Part shown: one piece after another, positions 1 through 11,830 of the stretch
Numbering within the stretch: position 1 is the stretch's first letter
Layout: each line of letters starts with the position of its first letter
Assembly (NCBI GenBank): GCA_043228905.1
Contig: JBHGNT010000004.1
Span: 16,306,001-16,370,000, forward strand
From: Azolla caroliniana
Lineage: Eukaryota; Plantae; Polypodiophyta
Length of the DNA: 64,000 nt
Direction: 5' to 3'
Notes under the pieces: model-generated
What the model was told of the DNA's origin: nothing
Databases searched by the model: none
Seen by the model: the letters and a program-made list of their open reading frames with translations, nothing else
Made by a program: the position numbers and the translations under genes

Positions 1-216
1 TAGCTACTTTACACAACTATTGTACTAGCTAATTAGCTATGAGTAGCTAACTAGCTACCAGTAGCTAATTAACTGCCAATAGGATAGCTAATTAGCTAAT
101 AGGATAGCTATTAGTTGCTTTAATCAACTATGGTAGTAGCTAATTAGCTACAATGATAGCAACAAAATAGTTTCCATACTTTTTACGGCTTAGCTAATTA
201 GAAAAGACTAAGCTTA
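1..216. repeat. Degenerate array of the palindromic motif TAGCTA / TAGCTAATTAGCTA
   Basis: Many copies of tagcta(attagcta). The same motif recurs at about 1255-1312, bracketing the RING pseudogene. Confidence 0.75.
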
Positions 217-1094
217 TTAGCTACAGTATGGTATACCTGTTAGTTTTCTCCACTCATTTGGTAGAGCTGTACTGCAATCTCCCAAACAGAATGCAGCAAT
301 TTGACAAGCATGTTGAAAACAAAGCAGATGGTATGTGTGGTTGCATGGTTGTAGGTGAACCAACAAAGACGCAGTTTTGTCCTCCACACCTAACCCGCAA
401 GCGATGCAACGTGCTTGAACTGTCAATAAATCATTTTCTGGTTCTCCTTCATTTGGTAAGGGAGCAAGAATGTTCAGGTCCAAATCCTGTCTGGTCCTTA
501 CCATTCCCTCCACAAAATGTAGCTGCTTCTTAAGGAAGTTAACTACCTGTTCTTGATGAATGTATTGTTCCTTCAACGCAACACAGAAATTTACCGGTTA
601 GTTATTCCTGTCTGAGAAAGATACACCAACTTTGCTCAGGAATCGTTAACTTACTTGAAGCTTTTCCAAATTGTAATCTGCAACAGTATTTACACCTAGA
701 AGGTCTAGGTTCATTGAAAGAACCTGGATCTCTATTTGCAGTTGTATTTTACGCTGGGGATCCAGTGACCCCTCTAATTCAAGCTCATGTTGTGCAACCT
801 ATTCCAGATAATGCTTGATTAGCACATTTTACCCTTAAAGTTATTTATAACACAATCACATACCAACAAAACAATAGTTACCTGAATCTTATTTCTAATC
901 GTTGTAACATCGGAAGTAACTTTGCTCTCCATTGCAGAAGCCATTGTGGCTTTCTCTAAATCAGTCTTAAAAAATGCCAATGTCTCATAGGCTTCATTGG
1001 TGGGTTCTGTGTTGTAGCTCTCAATCTGCAATATCGATTTTCTGCTGCTGCGGGAGCTACGTCTGCGTTCGTGCTCTGAGTACTCCATCTGCAT
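217..1094 (-). pseudogene. Spliced coiled-coil + RING-H2 finger pseudogene (exons ~1094-882 and 798-217; intron 881-799), possibly transposon-borne
   Basis: C-terminal C-x2-C...C-x-H-x2-H-x2-C...C-x3-C (CIAC..CNHTYHLLC..CLGDC). A phase-0 GT-AG intron of 83 nt (CAG|GTAACT...AATAG|GTT) joins ORF 819-1094 in frame to ORF 217-576. Two internal TAA stops remain, near 646-648 and 598-600. Confidence 0.6.
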
Positions 1095-2249
1095 TCAAAA
1101 TCAAACTTAGGCTAAACAGGAAATTGATGACATTGAAGTCGACCTTAGATGATGGTGCTATTCCCCAAGTTCCACTACGTCTGAAACAGAAGTTCAAATA
1201 TTTGAGTTTTTTCATAAATTAGTTTTTCAAATATTTGATTTTCCCATAAAAAAGACTAGCTAAACAAATAGCTAATTAGCTATGGTCATTTTAGTAGCTA
1301 ATTAGCTATAATAGTGTTTCCACTCGCATGCTTTTACCCTAATACATCATAGTTCTTTACCTATTGCTTTAGTTTCCTACCAGTACTAATATTCTATGAA
1401 CACTCATAAAAATGTTTGTATAAAATTCTCCCTTTTGTGTCTGTACTAATGGTCTACTCACTTAATGTTTTAGTATTCTTATTAACAACTTAGTATTGTC
1501 CTATCATGTCTTGAAATGTGCATCTAAACTAATTGGCCATTTAGTTCTGTCCTCCCACGTGCACAAGTATTGATTAAGGTTTAAGCCTTGTAAAGTATCC
1601 TTAATTTGCAACTTAGTACCGTCCTCCTTGGTTAGCAAACAAGATATCGTTTCTCATTGTTAGCTTTTTTATGAACTTTTTCGTTTGAAATTTGGATATG
1701 TTATGAGCTTTTTTTCTCTACCTAGATCTTCATATCTACACTTTGCTTTTTTTCTACTTTTGGAAAATACCTCTAACTTTATATCCCTTCAAGTTCCTTC
1801 CTTCGTTGATACTTGAATATTTCATATTGCACTTTATTCTTCGACATCTCTGCATCCAATGTATGTGCAACGAATTTCTCATGAACAAAAATTGATTTCA
1901 CAATATCAATGAACCCTACCTGAGTCCATCTTTGTGGCACGTTCGGCTTATTTGTACTACTATGTTATTTCCTATCGGGGGTGGTTTCACACTTTTTATC
2001 GAAAACATCACGACAACGTACTTATCATAAGATGAAGGAAAACTACATAAAACCTACCTCATGATCAATTATGGTAACTATGCATGTAACATACTCCCCC
2101 AGTTAATCCAAAGAAGATGAGTTTAATCCTCAACTTGAGGATTAATAACAATGGATAAATTCATTACAGTATGGCATTCTAGGGTAAATTAGTCCTATTA
2201 GATGTGCAATATGTTGGCCATTGGCAACTATGTGTCTAGTATTGCCATT

Positions 2250-2700
2250 TGGATAAAAGCCTTGGCATTGTGTCAAATGTGAATTTTGGGCAAATAATGC
2301 TTTGACATCAGTTACTTAATTTGGGCATATGAGTAATGGTACAAATTCATCTTTCTCATAGAGAGAAAACGAAATTCTGGTTTATCCCTTATTATGTCCA
2401 AAACTTTGTTTAGTCCTTAGTTAGCAAACATTAAATATACCTCAAGAACATCCATGACAATCTCTTCTAAATTACTTGATTCATTTGTCAGTAGGAAACT
2501 TTCTTCTACTCATTATCAATACAAAGTTCATGAATCTAACTATTTGAGATTTAGAATGCACAACGAAATAGGGAGATATTACTTATATGGAAATCATTTT
2601 CAGGTAACTACAGATCGATAGTCTTTCAAATATTATATGGCCAATGGAACTTCCTAGTTGTATGGCACAATGGGTGAAGCTCATTAAGGACTTTAATTAT
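2250..2700 (+). mobile_element. Highly degenerate Ty3/gypsy RT end / RNase H remnant
   Basis: Fragments read KCEFW... and RYYLYGNHFQVTTDR*SFKY, resembling the KCEF and WRHYLxGxxFxVxTDHxSLKY motifs. Confidence 0.35.
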
Positions 2701-2814
2701 CCATTAGATAGTTTTGATTAATAATTTGTCAATATTGTCACTAATTCTTAACTCGTATTCATAAAGTTAACTCAATTAACTTCATTAACAATTTGATCAT
2801 TATGATCACCTTTG

Positions 2815-4270
2815 AGCAAATGGGAAGATCGAGCGAGGGGATGGGCTGATAGTCAAAGCCATCGTACGAGCATGCGATGGTCGAGTTGGGAATTGGCCGC
2901 GATTATTGCCCTATCCATTGTGGGCCGATAGAACTACGCACAGTTCCGTGACAGGCTATATTCCAGCAAAGCTCATGTATGGACAGAAACCAGTAATGCT
3001 TATCGAGAGGACGATCGCCTCATGGGTAGCAATACCATGGGAGAATGAGATGAGCCGGGAAGAATTATTAGCGGCACGAATCAAACAACTCGAAAGAAAA
3101 CCCGAAGACCTAGAGAATGCACAAAAGATAATGGAGACAGCCCGCGTGAAGAATAAGATTCGGTTTGATAAGACACATTGACTGCATCCCAAGAAGATTG
3201 GGTATTGGTCTACGACAACAGCCTAGACAACCAACACAGGATGACAAGGAAGAAGATGGTTCGGACCGTATGTAGTGATGAGTGCCAATGACAATGCCAC
3301 CTATCCATTGCGGGGAAAAGAGTAAAGATATTCAAGAAAAGACAAGATGAGGGTCCTAACCTAGATGACCTCAACAATGAAGATAATGTGAGCGAGATTA
3401 ATGAAGACATGGAGGAAATTGGTCGATCACTGTAGCCGAAATCTCACTTTCACTTCTTGGCACGTACCGGAGGACGTGCGGTTTGGTGGCGTTGGATGTC
3501 GTGAAGATTTTCGGCAACAGTGGTGCAATCAAGAACTTGGTGCAATCGCGTGAAACAAGGGAAATCAAGAACTTGGTGCAATGTGCACACGTATAAAAGG
3601 AGTGATGGTTAGACGTGTATGTTAACACACTAATGTGTAGTGTACGTGTGATGTGTGTTTGCGTGTTCATTATACAAATATATAAAATAAGCTTAATGTA
3701 TACAATGAGGTGCAAGTAAGGGTTTGAACCTTACACCTCCAAGATAGGAGACAATTGACATACTATTAGACTAGGTTGTTTCCTTAAAAGTTATTTTCTT
3801 CATTGTACTTTTCACATGTAAGTGCTCGTTCATAAGAGCTTGGATAAGGTACATGGTCATCATGCATCACATGTGATACATGATCGCCAAATGGCAATCA
3901 TGCATTGCATACATCTCATGCATTGCATGCATGTACTACACCCTCACATGCACATATGCTTAGGGGCATGTATATAAGAAGGAGAGGAAGGCAAAGAAAG
4001 GGAAGCAATGTTTGTAATCAATTATTAATAATAAAAGCTTAGTTATCTCATTGGCAATCTATCTTGTATCTCAAATTCGAAGTCAAAGGTTCAAACCGGC
4101 GATTGGAATTCTCGTTCGTAATTATCTATCTTTAATACTTTCTCGCTTGCGCTAGTCCTTTCGTCTAAAACATTGACGGTTCCGTTTCATTGTCTTGAAC
4201 GATCCTTTCGACCCTCCATCACCACTTGTGGATAAAAGTCGGTGCTCGTCTGCGCACGTGTAACGCGACA
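2815..4270 (+). mobile_element. 3' part of a non-chromoviral Ty3/gypsy element: integrase end plus 3' LTR (3497-4270)
   Basis: NGKIERG..WPRLLPYPLWADRTTHSSVTGY is homologous to the integrase end at ~31000-31280. LTR termini are TGTCGTG...CGCGACA. Confidence 0.8.
3710..3778 (-). other. tRNA-like Pol III module in LTR U3 (family C)
   Basis: Minus strand reads TAGTCTAATAG (A-box-like) ... GGAGGT GTAAGG-TTCAAAC-CCTTAC, a perfect 6-bp T-stem with a 7-nt TTCAAAC loop. Confidence 0.65.
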
Positions 4271-4343
4271 TCGCGACGTTCGGCACATGTGTCACGTGCT
4301 TTGCGACATCATTGTGGTGTGGTAAATATTCTTTCAATCTCGT

Positions 4344-4400
<57 letters not shown>

Positions 4401-4517
4401 AGTCAACCCACACAAGCATCTTCGACAACAAGAACAACCCGATTGTAAACCATCCTCCTTGGTCAAAGACCCCGGTGGTCCAGTTCGACCGACCCGCAGG
4501 CGCGGATTTCCGCGACA
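4271..4517 (+). mobile_element. 3' portion of another LTR containing a (CT)n tract, interrupted by the upstream element
   Basis: Ends ...TTTCCGCGACA, immediately followed by chromovirus integrase codons (TLEQYLRCF). Confidence 0.55.
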
Positions 4518-5757
4518 ACGCTGGAGCAATATCTCCGGTGTTTCTTGAGTTATCAACAGGACAATTGGGCCGAGATTCTCCACTTTGCAGAGTTTGCGTA
4601 TAATAATGTTGTTCACTCCTCGACTCGAGTCTCCCCATTCTACGCTTATACTGGTTCTCATCCTCGTTGGTCGGTGATCGACACCCCGGAGCTACCTACC
4701 AATCCTCGTGCTGAGGATCATTTGGAGAGATTACACAAGATCCATATGGATCTCTCTACTCATCTTCGTCATGCTCAACTGACATAGAAGACTTACGCGG
4801 ATCATCATCGGCTTCCCTCCTCTTTTGCCATCGGAGATCGAGTATGGCTTTTACGTCATCACATCAAGACTACTAAATCGTGAGACAAGTTGGATTATCG
4901 ACGACTCGGTCCTTTCCGTATTACCGGTAAGGTTAATGTTGTCACGTTCCGCCTTGATCTTCCTCCGCATCTTCAGATACATCCGGTCTTCCATAGTTCT
5001 CGGCTTGAACCTTATAAAGCAAACACTATTCCCGATCATGTTACACCAACGCCGCCCCTGCTTGAGTCTGCTTGAGTTAGACACCAGCCCGGACTATGAA
5101 GTTGCTGCCATCCTCGACTCCAAATTTGTTTGCAACAAACTTTATTATTTGGTTGATTGGCTCGGCTATAGTCCGAGCGAACGTACTTGGGAGCCCGTCG
5201 AGCATGTCGCCAATGCTCAGGATCTTCTTGTTGATTTTCACCAACAATATCCCGACAAACCCGGTCCTCAATCAGCGTCGACTCGTTCCACTCATCGTCT
5301 TAAAGGGGGGATAGTGTCATGATATGGCAAGACTCGAACCCATGACCTTATGCTACATGGGTTGAGCTCTTGACCATTAGACTATACATTGTAATTTGTA
5401 GGATATTATTTTCATTTATGTTTTATTTTAAGAAATTAATGTAGATTCCAGATTTCTCTGGAACATTCTAGAAGCTTCAGGACTACTCTTGAGAGCACTA
5501 TAAAAGGAGGCACAAGGCATTGTTTTGAACCAAATTGGTTCAACGCCAGTCTTAAGCCTCTTAGCCACTTTGTACTTATCCTTCACATAATATATTAGTT
5601 GTTATCATCATCTCTCTCTCTCTCTCATCCTCGCTATCTCTCTCCCCTCTTCTTTCTTCCCCTCTCGGGAATCTTACGCAGTCCCGTCCTCTTAGTACTA
5701 ATAGTACTTCTCTTCTTTAGTACTAATTCCCTCTCTGGTTTAGTACTATTCCTGACA
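4518..5757 (+). mobile_element. Chromoviral Ty3/gypsy 3' remnant: integrase C-terminus + chromodomain, PPT, 3' LTR 5315-5757 (family A)
   Basis: EQYLRCF..YQQDNW..AEFAYNN, GPF..HPVFH (GPY/F), chromodomain YEVAAILDSK..LYYLVDWLGYSPSERTWEP. PPT AAAGGGGGGATAG, then TGTCATGA...CCTGACA. Confidence 0.9.
5325..5388 (-). other. tRNA-like Pol III module in LTR U3 (family A)
   Basis: Minus strand reads TATAGTCTAATGGTCAAGAG...CATGGGTTCGAGTCTTGCC: A box TAGTCTAATGG and B box GGTTCGAGTC at tRNA spacing. Confidence 0.7.
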
Positions 5758-5929
5758 TAAAGTGCTTGAACATCGAGAGTCACTACTCACTTTAACATGC
5801 ATCACATGAAATGTAATATTTTTTGGTCTCATAGATCTTATTTGACCTCCGAAGACGATAATAGAATCTATCTATCTATCTATCTATGGAAAAATGGTCG
5901 GATGTAAGGTATGGAAAAATGGTTTGGTA

Positions 5930-6332
5930 GATGGGATGCAACACGCATCATGATGCAACACTAGATTCCTCTATAAATGAGGCCTTTTTGCAACACCAAC
6001 GTATCATGACATGGGACAAACGTGGGGCCTCACAATTCACACATTATACTACACATGTTGCACTTAACTACAAAACCATATTTTTTGCCGAACAAGGAAG
6101 CCATACACATTGATTCATGTTAGAGCCCATCCCATTGTCTACCATTCAAACTAGTGCTTCCATGCGACTTAGCTCACATGCATTACAATGTGAAATGGGG
6201 CACTGGGGCACAATTGATGAGAATGGTCGACTAAACACACTTTGCCCTAAACAAGTTCAAGAGTTTGAGTATCACAGTTCAATACAATGCTTTGCCTTTG
6301 ATCATATTTGCACAAATGGACAAACAACATGA
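5930..6332 (+). mobile_element. Degenerate non-LTR retrotransposon (LINE) ORF2 C-terminal remnant
   Basis: MRLSSHALQCEMGHWG...RLNTLCPKQVQEFEYHSSIQC resembles the RLSSHxLxxExGRW...CxxC...EDExHxxxxC tail of LINE ORF2. Confidence 0.55.
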
Positions 6333-7484
6333 GTAGTTTATTTTCAAATATTCATCTTGACTACTCCACTCCACCACCCACCTATGTAAGCTTGATGTGT
6401 ACCTTCCAAAATATATCCACAAAGTTGTGCCACACTTGACGAGGGTTCCTTTGTGGATAGATTTTTGAAAACTTTATGCCAAAAATCAATTATCACAATC
6501 ATGCACATTGGCATGCAACCTAAATGAAACTTCAGTCATAGCTAAGGTAACCGAACCAACAGTCATAAATTTTACTGCATTATCGATAGACCAATAATCA
6601 TGTACATGAATATACATTAAAGGATTTTCAAATAACTAAGAAGGGCCAAATTCCTTACAGTTTTGGACATTCTTAATCTACATTTTGTTTCAATGTGGAA
6701 GGGTGGCTTTCATTCAGCCAATGATGAAATTATTTCAAAAAATCAAGCATCCAAAGTCAATACATTCAAGTGATAACAAATCTTTCATTTCCACCACAAA
6801 TAGCTCTTAAAGATGGAATAGTATTTCCATCTCCACTCTTAAGTCATCAGTTTCTTTGGATCTCAGGACTACAAACATGCATGTTGTCCGATTGTATGCA
6901 GTCTTGATGCATTGCATTGTGGGGCTAGTGCCACACCAACACGTGTACTCATTTGGTAGTACAATTCAAATCCCTGGCTGCACCTTCGTGATTGGAAAAA
7001 GAATGGCCTTGAGGCTATGCAAAAGCTCTTAAATTGTACGGTGTGCCCTTGTGATTAGAACTTGCAAGGTTACTCAACATGATGAAACAATGACCATGGC
7101 TTAAGACAAGAGGCATCCTTGCAACAAATCATGCTACGAATGGATATGATGCAAGTCTCATTGTACACATAACTGGATGCATAGTTCTGTCTCTGTATAA
7201 TTTCCAATTTATGCCTCCTCGCTCTCTTCTACAGTTCCATATCAATATCTCTGAAGCTACTTCTCCTATGCATAACGTAATCATGATTATAGCTCTTAAT
7301 GCATATGATGTGATCATGATTGTAGGATCTCCTACGCTGCCTTCATACTTTGAAGCACCATCACCTTTTTAAGGGACATCACTTTTTACCTTTCCATATG
7401 GGGCTATACCTTGAGACCGCACAAGAGACTTGAGATTGGCATTAGGCATCAAAATGCAACCCATAAACTATTTCCTTCATTCTT

Positions 7485-10169
7485 CTATGCACTCGCGTAT
7501 TTTACCCGCATCTCTTCGACCTTTTCAGCATCATCTTGCATGCCCACAGACGCGAAAATATCAGTCATAAGAACATAAGCAGAAGCACAACTGGTGTCTA
7601 CTTGTAGAGCTTGATCAAAAGCCAATGTCCCAAGCTTCACATTCCCCCACTTTCTGCAAGAACCTAATAATGCAATCCAAACTGTAAGGTAATTGGAAGA
7701 TGGCATCACCTCAATCATCGCAATTGCCTTATCAAACTGCCCTGCAAACCCTAAACCCACTACAACTGAAGAATGGTGCTCTGGCATTGGAGTAATTCCA
7801 AATTGTTTATCCATATCTCCATAAAGTAGCTGTGCCTCTTCCCATAGACCTGATCGGCCACATGCACTTAGAACACATAGACATGTGATCTCATCCGGAT
7901 AGAGACCCTCCCTTTGCATCCTTACCAAACAGTTAAGTGCTATTTGACCTTGACCTTGTTGGGCATATCCTGCAATGAGTGCATTCCAAGTGGTCACATC
8001 TTGAATAGGAAGCTCTTCAAGCACCTCTTGTGCTTTTATAAGCATACCACAACTGGCATACATATCCACCAAAGCAGTACCAACCACACTGTTCTCCAAC
8101 AAGCCCCTCCTCACAATCTCGTCATGAACTTTCCTGCCAATGTCTAAAGCTCCTATGCTACCACAAGCCTTCAGGATACAAATGTAGGTGACCATATTTG
8201 GAGAGAGGCCCTCTTTTTTCATTTGTTCTAAACAATTTAGTGCTTCATGACATAATGCTTGTTTGGCATACCCTGCAATCAATGTAGACCAGGAAATCAC
8301 ATCTCGAGCATGAAGCTCTTCAAGGACTTGTTGTGCCTTTGTAAGTGCACCACACTTGGCATACATATCTACTAACGCATTCCCAAGTACAATGTCCTTC
8401 TCCAACAAGCCCCTGCTTACTATCTCATCATGAATTTGTTGGCCTTTATCAATGTCTCCCATGCTGCTACAAGCTTTCAAAATACAAATGTAGGTGACCA
8501 CATCAGGAGAGAGACCTTCACTTTGCATGCGGCTGAAACATATTAATGCATCGCAGCCTTTTCCTTGTTGAACATACCCCATTATTAGTGCTGACCAAGA
8601 GACAATGTTTCGCATGGAAAACTCTTCATGCACTTCTTGTGCCTTTGCAAACATACCACATTTGGCATACATATCCACTAAAGCAGTGCTAAGCACTACT
8701 ATATCCATCTCCATTTTTAGTAAGCCCCTTCTCACAATCTCATTATGAATTTGCATGCCCTTATCTAAAGCTTCTGTGTTATTACATGCCTTCAACAAGC
8801 AAACAAAAGTGGCCACATCTGGAGAGAGACCCTCACGTTGCATTCGTGCAAAACAATCCAATGCTTCATGGAATTGGCTCTTCTGGGCATACCCTGAAAT
8901 TAATGCATTCCATGAGATGGCATTTCGGATTGGAAGCTCTTCAAGTACTTTTTGTGCTTTTACAAGTTCACCATGTTTAGCATACATATCCACCAACGTA
9001 GTGCCAAGCACAATATCTTTCTTCAACAAGCCTCTGCTAATAATTTCATCATGAATTTGTATTCCTGTATTGATGGCACCTATGCTACTACAGGCTTGCA
9101 AAAGTGAGATAAAAGTGATGGCATCTGGATGGAGCTCTTCGCTCTTCATATGCTCGAAGCAATTTAATGCTTCATAACCTTGTCCTTCTTGTACATATCC
9201 TGCAATGAGCGCGTTCCAAGAAACCACATCCCGGATAGGAAGCTCTTCTAGAACTTTTCTTGCTTTGGTAAGAAATCCACACTTAGCATACATATCAACT
9301 AAAGTGTTCCCAAGGGAAATATCCTTGGCTAGCAAGCCCCTATTCAAAATGTTCTCATGAATTTGCTTGCCTTTCTCTATGGCACCAATACTTCCACAAG
9401 CCTTGAGCATGCAAATGAATGTAACACCATTAGGTGAAAGACCTTCGCTTTGCATTTGTTCAAAACATTTCAAAGCTTCATGATATAGTCCATATTTAGC
9501 ATATCCTGCAATGAGTGCATTCCAAGAGACTGTGTCTCGGATAGGAAGCTCTTTGAGTACATCTTGTGCTATTCTTATCATACCACACTTCACATACATA
9601 TCCACCAGGGCAGTGCCAAGCACAATATTCTTCTCCAACAAGCCTCTGCTCCTGATATCTTCATGAATTTGTTCCCCCTTTCTGATGTTGTTTGTGCTAC
9701 TACAAGCCTTTAAGATGCAAATAAAGGTGATTACATTGGGAGAGAGACCCTCACTTAGCATTCGTTCAAAGCAATCTAATGCTTCGTATCCTTTCCCTTG
9801 GTGAGCATAACCTGAAATTAATGCATTCCAGGAGACTACATTTCTTACCGAGAGTTCATCGAGAACTTGCTGTGCTGTTGAGGCAACTCCACATTTAGAA
9901 TACATATGGATTACACTGCTCGCAAGATAAGGACTCTTTTCAAGTAATCCTCTCCTCATAATATCACCATGTAGTTTAATGCCTCGATCAAGATCTTTGT
10001 TTATGGCAGATATTCTTAGTAAAGTAATAAACTCATATATTTCCGAGTGATTTTGCATTGGCTTCACTAGAATTGCTCTTCTCATTAGCTCTTCATTAAC
10101 CCAAGAGGGATTGTGGCATCCATCTATCCATACAGACTCCCGAGTCATTCTGTTCCTGTTGTAGCTGTT
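7485..10169 (-). CDS. PLS-class pentatricopeptide repeat protein, (L-S)-(P1L1S1)x6-P2L2S2-E1-E2, no DYW; probable organellar RNA-editing factor
   Basis: Uninterrupted ~890-codon ORF of P (VVSWNALISGYA), L (TFICILKAC) and S (LGTALVDMYAKCG) motifs, with E1 (VWIALLGSCRKWGN) and E2 (AYVLMTDIFA). The ORF-track start at 10178 is TTG. The coding exon probably begins after the acceptor TTTGATTCAG at 10170, or at ATG 10148. Confidence 0.93.
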   Translation of the reverse strand, partial: NSYNRNRMTRESVWIDGCHNPSWVNEELMRRAILVKPMQNHSEIYEFITLLRISAINKDLDRGIKLHGDIMRRGLLEKSPYLASSVIHMYSKCGVASTAQQVLDELSVRNVVSWNALISGYAHQGKGYEALDCFERMLSEGLSPNVITFICILKACSSTNNIRKGEQIHEDIRSRGLLEKNIVLGTALVDMYVKCGMIRIAQDVLKELPIRDTVSWNALIAGYAKYGLYHEALKCFEQMQSEGLSPNGVTFICMLKACGSIGAIEKGKQIHENILNRGLLAKDISLGNTLVDMYAKCGFLTKARKVLEELPIRDVVSWNALIAGYVQEGQGYEALNCFEHMKSEELHPDAITFISLLQACSSIGAINTGIQIHDEIISRGLLKKDIVLGTTLVDMYAKHGELVKAQKVLEELPIRNAISWNALISGYAQKSQFHEALDCFARMQREGLSPDVATFVCLLKACNNTEALDKGMQIHNEIVRRGLLKMEMDIVVLSTALVDMYAKCGMFAKAQEVHEEFSMRNIVSWSALIMGYVQQGKGCDALICFSRMQSEGLSPDVVTYICILKACSSMGDIDKGQQIHDEIVSRGLLEKDIVLGNALVDMYAKCGALTKAQQVLEELHARDVISWSTLIAGYAKQALCHEALNCLEQMKKEGLSPNMVTYICILKACGSIGALDIGRKVHDEIVRRGLLENSVVGTALVDMYASCGMLIKAQEVLEELPIQDVTTWNALIAGYAQQGQGQIALNCLVRMQREGLYPDEITCLCVLSACGRSGLWEEAQLLYGDMDKQFGITPMPEHHSSVVVGLGFAGQFDKAIAMIEVMPSSNYLTVWIALLGSCRKWGNVKLGTLAFDQALQVDTSCASAYVLMTDIFASVGMQDDAEKVEEMRVKYASA

Positions 10170-10518
10170 CTGAATCAAAGCAGTAGCACATCTCTCTCTC
10201 TCTCAAGACTTTTAAGGTTTGCTTCTCTATATATATGGCTTTCGAGATTTTTCTCTCTTTCTCTAGGTTTAAGGTTCTTACCTATTTCTCTATCTCTCTC
10301 TCTCTAGGGTTAAGAGTTTTTTCTCTTTCTCTACGGTTTAGGGTTTATCTTTCTGTCTAGGGTAAACCTTCTATCTGTAGTATTTTGACATTGTTCCTCT
10401 CTAGGGTTTTAGGATTCTTTCTCTCTCGCTCGCTCGCTCATAAATCCTATCTCTGGGATTAAAGGTTGCATTCTTTCTTCGTCTTTCTAAGATTTAAGAT
10501 CTCGCTACAATTGCTCAC

Positions 10519-10640
10519 CTGTGTTCGGATTGAAGGATCGCTGAAGTAATCCTTCCATGAGACGTCTCTCTTTCCCATAGAACCCACCCAATTTCCAAAA
10601 TCTTGCAATGGCTCTGTCCTGCCAAGTTCCCTTCATTGCA
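10519..10640 (-). other. Probable upstream exon of the PPR gene (intron 10518-10170)
   Basis: Donor CACAG|GTGAG at 10519/10518 and acceptor TTTGATTCAG at 10170. The phase-0 join gives MGKRDVSWKDYFSDPSIRTQ|NSYNR. The start codon is uncertain. Confidence 0.4.
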
Positions 10641-10927
10641 AAAGCATCATCGCCTTAAACCCCCCATATCTCATCACACACACACATACATACATACATA
10701 CAGACATGCATACATACATACATACATGCTTAAATTTCCGGCCATACATACATACATGTAGATACTCGTCTCAATCTGCTACCAAATCATAAGGAATCTT
10801 GGCAAGTGAATCGCAGCCACGGTCATGATGTGGGAAATGTGTCGGAGGAAATATGTTTAAGTATGAATATCAAAAAGTTAGAGTGATAGTTCGAGTGTGT
10901 GGTATGTTGCATTTAAAAGCAACAAAA

Positions 10928-10998
10928 AGTCTTTAGTTCAATTGCTACAAGCTTGTGTTATGAGTGGGAGGTAAGAGGTTAAAGTCCTACTCGGACCA
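10928..10998 (+). other. Degenerate tRNA-like sequence (tRNA pseudogene or tRNA-derived SINE head)
   Basis: TAGTTCAATTG (A-box-like) ... GGAGGTAAGAGGTTAAAGTCCTAC (T-arm-like) ... GGACCA, about 70 nt in total. Confidence 0.45.
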
Positions 10999-11559
10999 TA
11001 AGAGATTAGGTGGATAAATGAATGTGATAATGGACATTATGGTTACTCTTTTGCTAGCATCGAGCACCAAAAGGAAACATAGATCAAGTAAAGAAAAAAA
11101 CTATGGTGAATGCTAAAATAAAATAACACCCACTAATTTTGTTCGGGAGAGATCACTCTCGAATCGTATAAGAAGGTGAAGAGGGCTTATTCTTTGTCGA
11201 ATTCCAAAGAGAGAGCTAAGGTTGCGAATCAAGAGGGCCTACGAGTTCAACGACGACTAAAGATGACGTGGCCATCATTCCCAAAACTCGAGGATATCCC
11301 CTAGAGCTCTACTTGTGACCCTATCCTTTCCATTTACTCCTATCTTATTCCTATCATTCTTCGATTACTTGTTCTCTCCATGTAATCGAGTCGAGAATTT
11401 TCTCGTTGTACTTTCACTCTCTAAAACTTATTTTTGCATACAAAATTATAATATAATAAAGACACGTGGATTTTGGCAAAAGCGGCATGAAACAAGTCAT
11501 TGAATCATCTTGTCGGGAAACTCATCATGCCGGTACAAAGTCTTCGTCACAAGGATCGA

Positions 11560-11830
11560 AAAAGCTTTCAACTCTAACAAAGTTTAGAGTCTGGCAAGCC
11601 TTCGAGTCTAAGGAGCTTTTGAGTTCAAGGAGCCTTCAACTCTAAAGAGCTTTCGAGTCTGATGACCCTTTGACTTTGACGAGCCTTCAAGTTTGAAGAG
11701 ATTTCAACTCTTGGAACCTTCGAGTCCTGAGACCTTTAGACTCCTCAGAGCTTTCAATTCTCGAGGGCCTTCGAGTCTTGCGATCTTTAGACTCTAGGAG
11801 CTTTCGACTCTCGAGAGCTTTCAAGTCTCC
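11560..11830. repeat. Degenerate ~17-18 bp tandem repeat (GAGCTTTCGAGTCT-like), probably TE-internal
   Basis: Repeated gagc(c/t)ttc(g/a)a(g/c)tct units. Confidence 0.7.

Noticed and set aside
6900-7448. Possible DYW deaminase domain downstream of PPR1
   Set aside because: No HxE(K)LA, CxxCH or DYW-like motif found in the frames I read (about 7130-7448).
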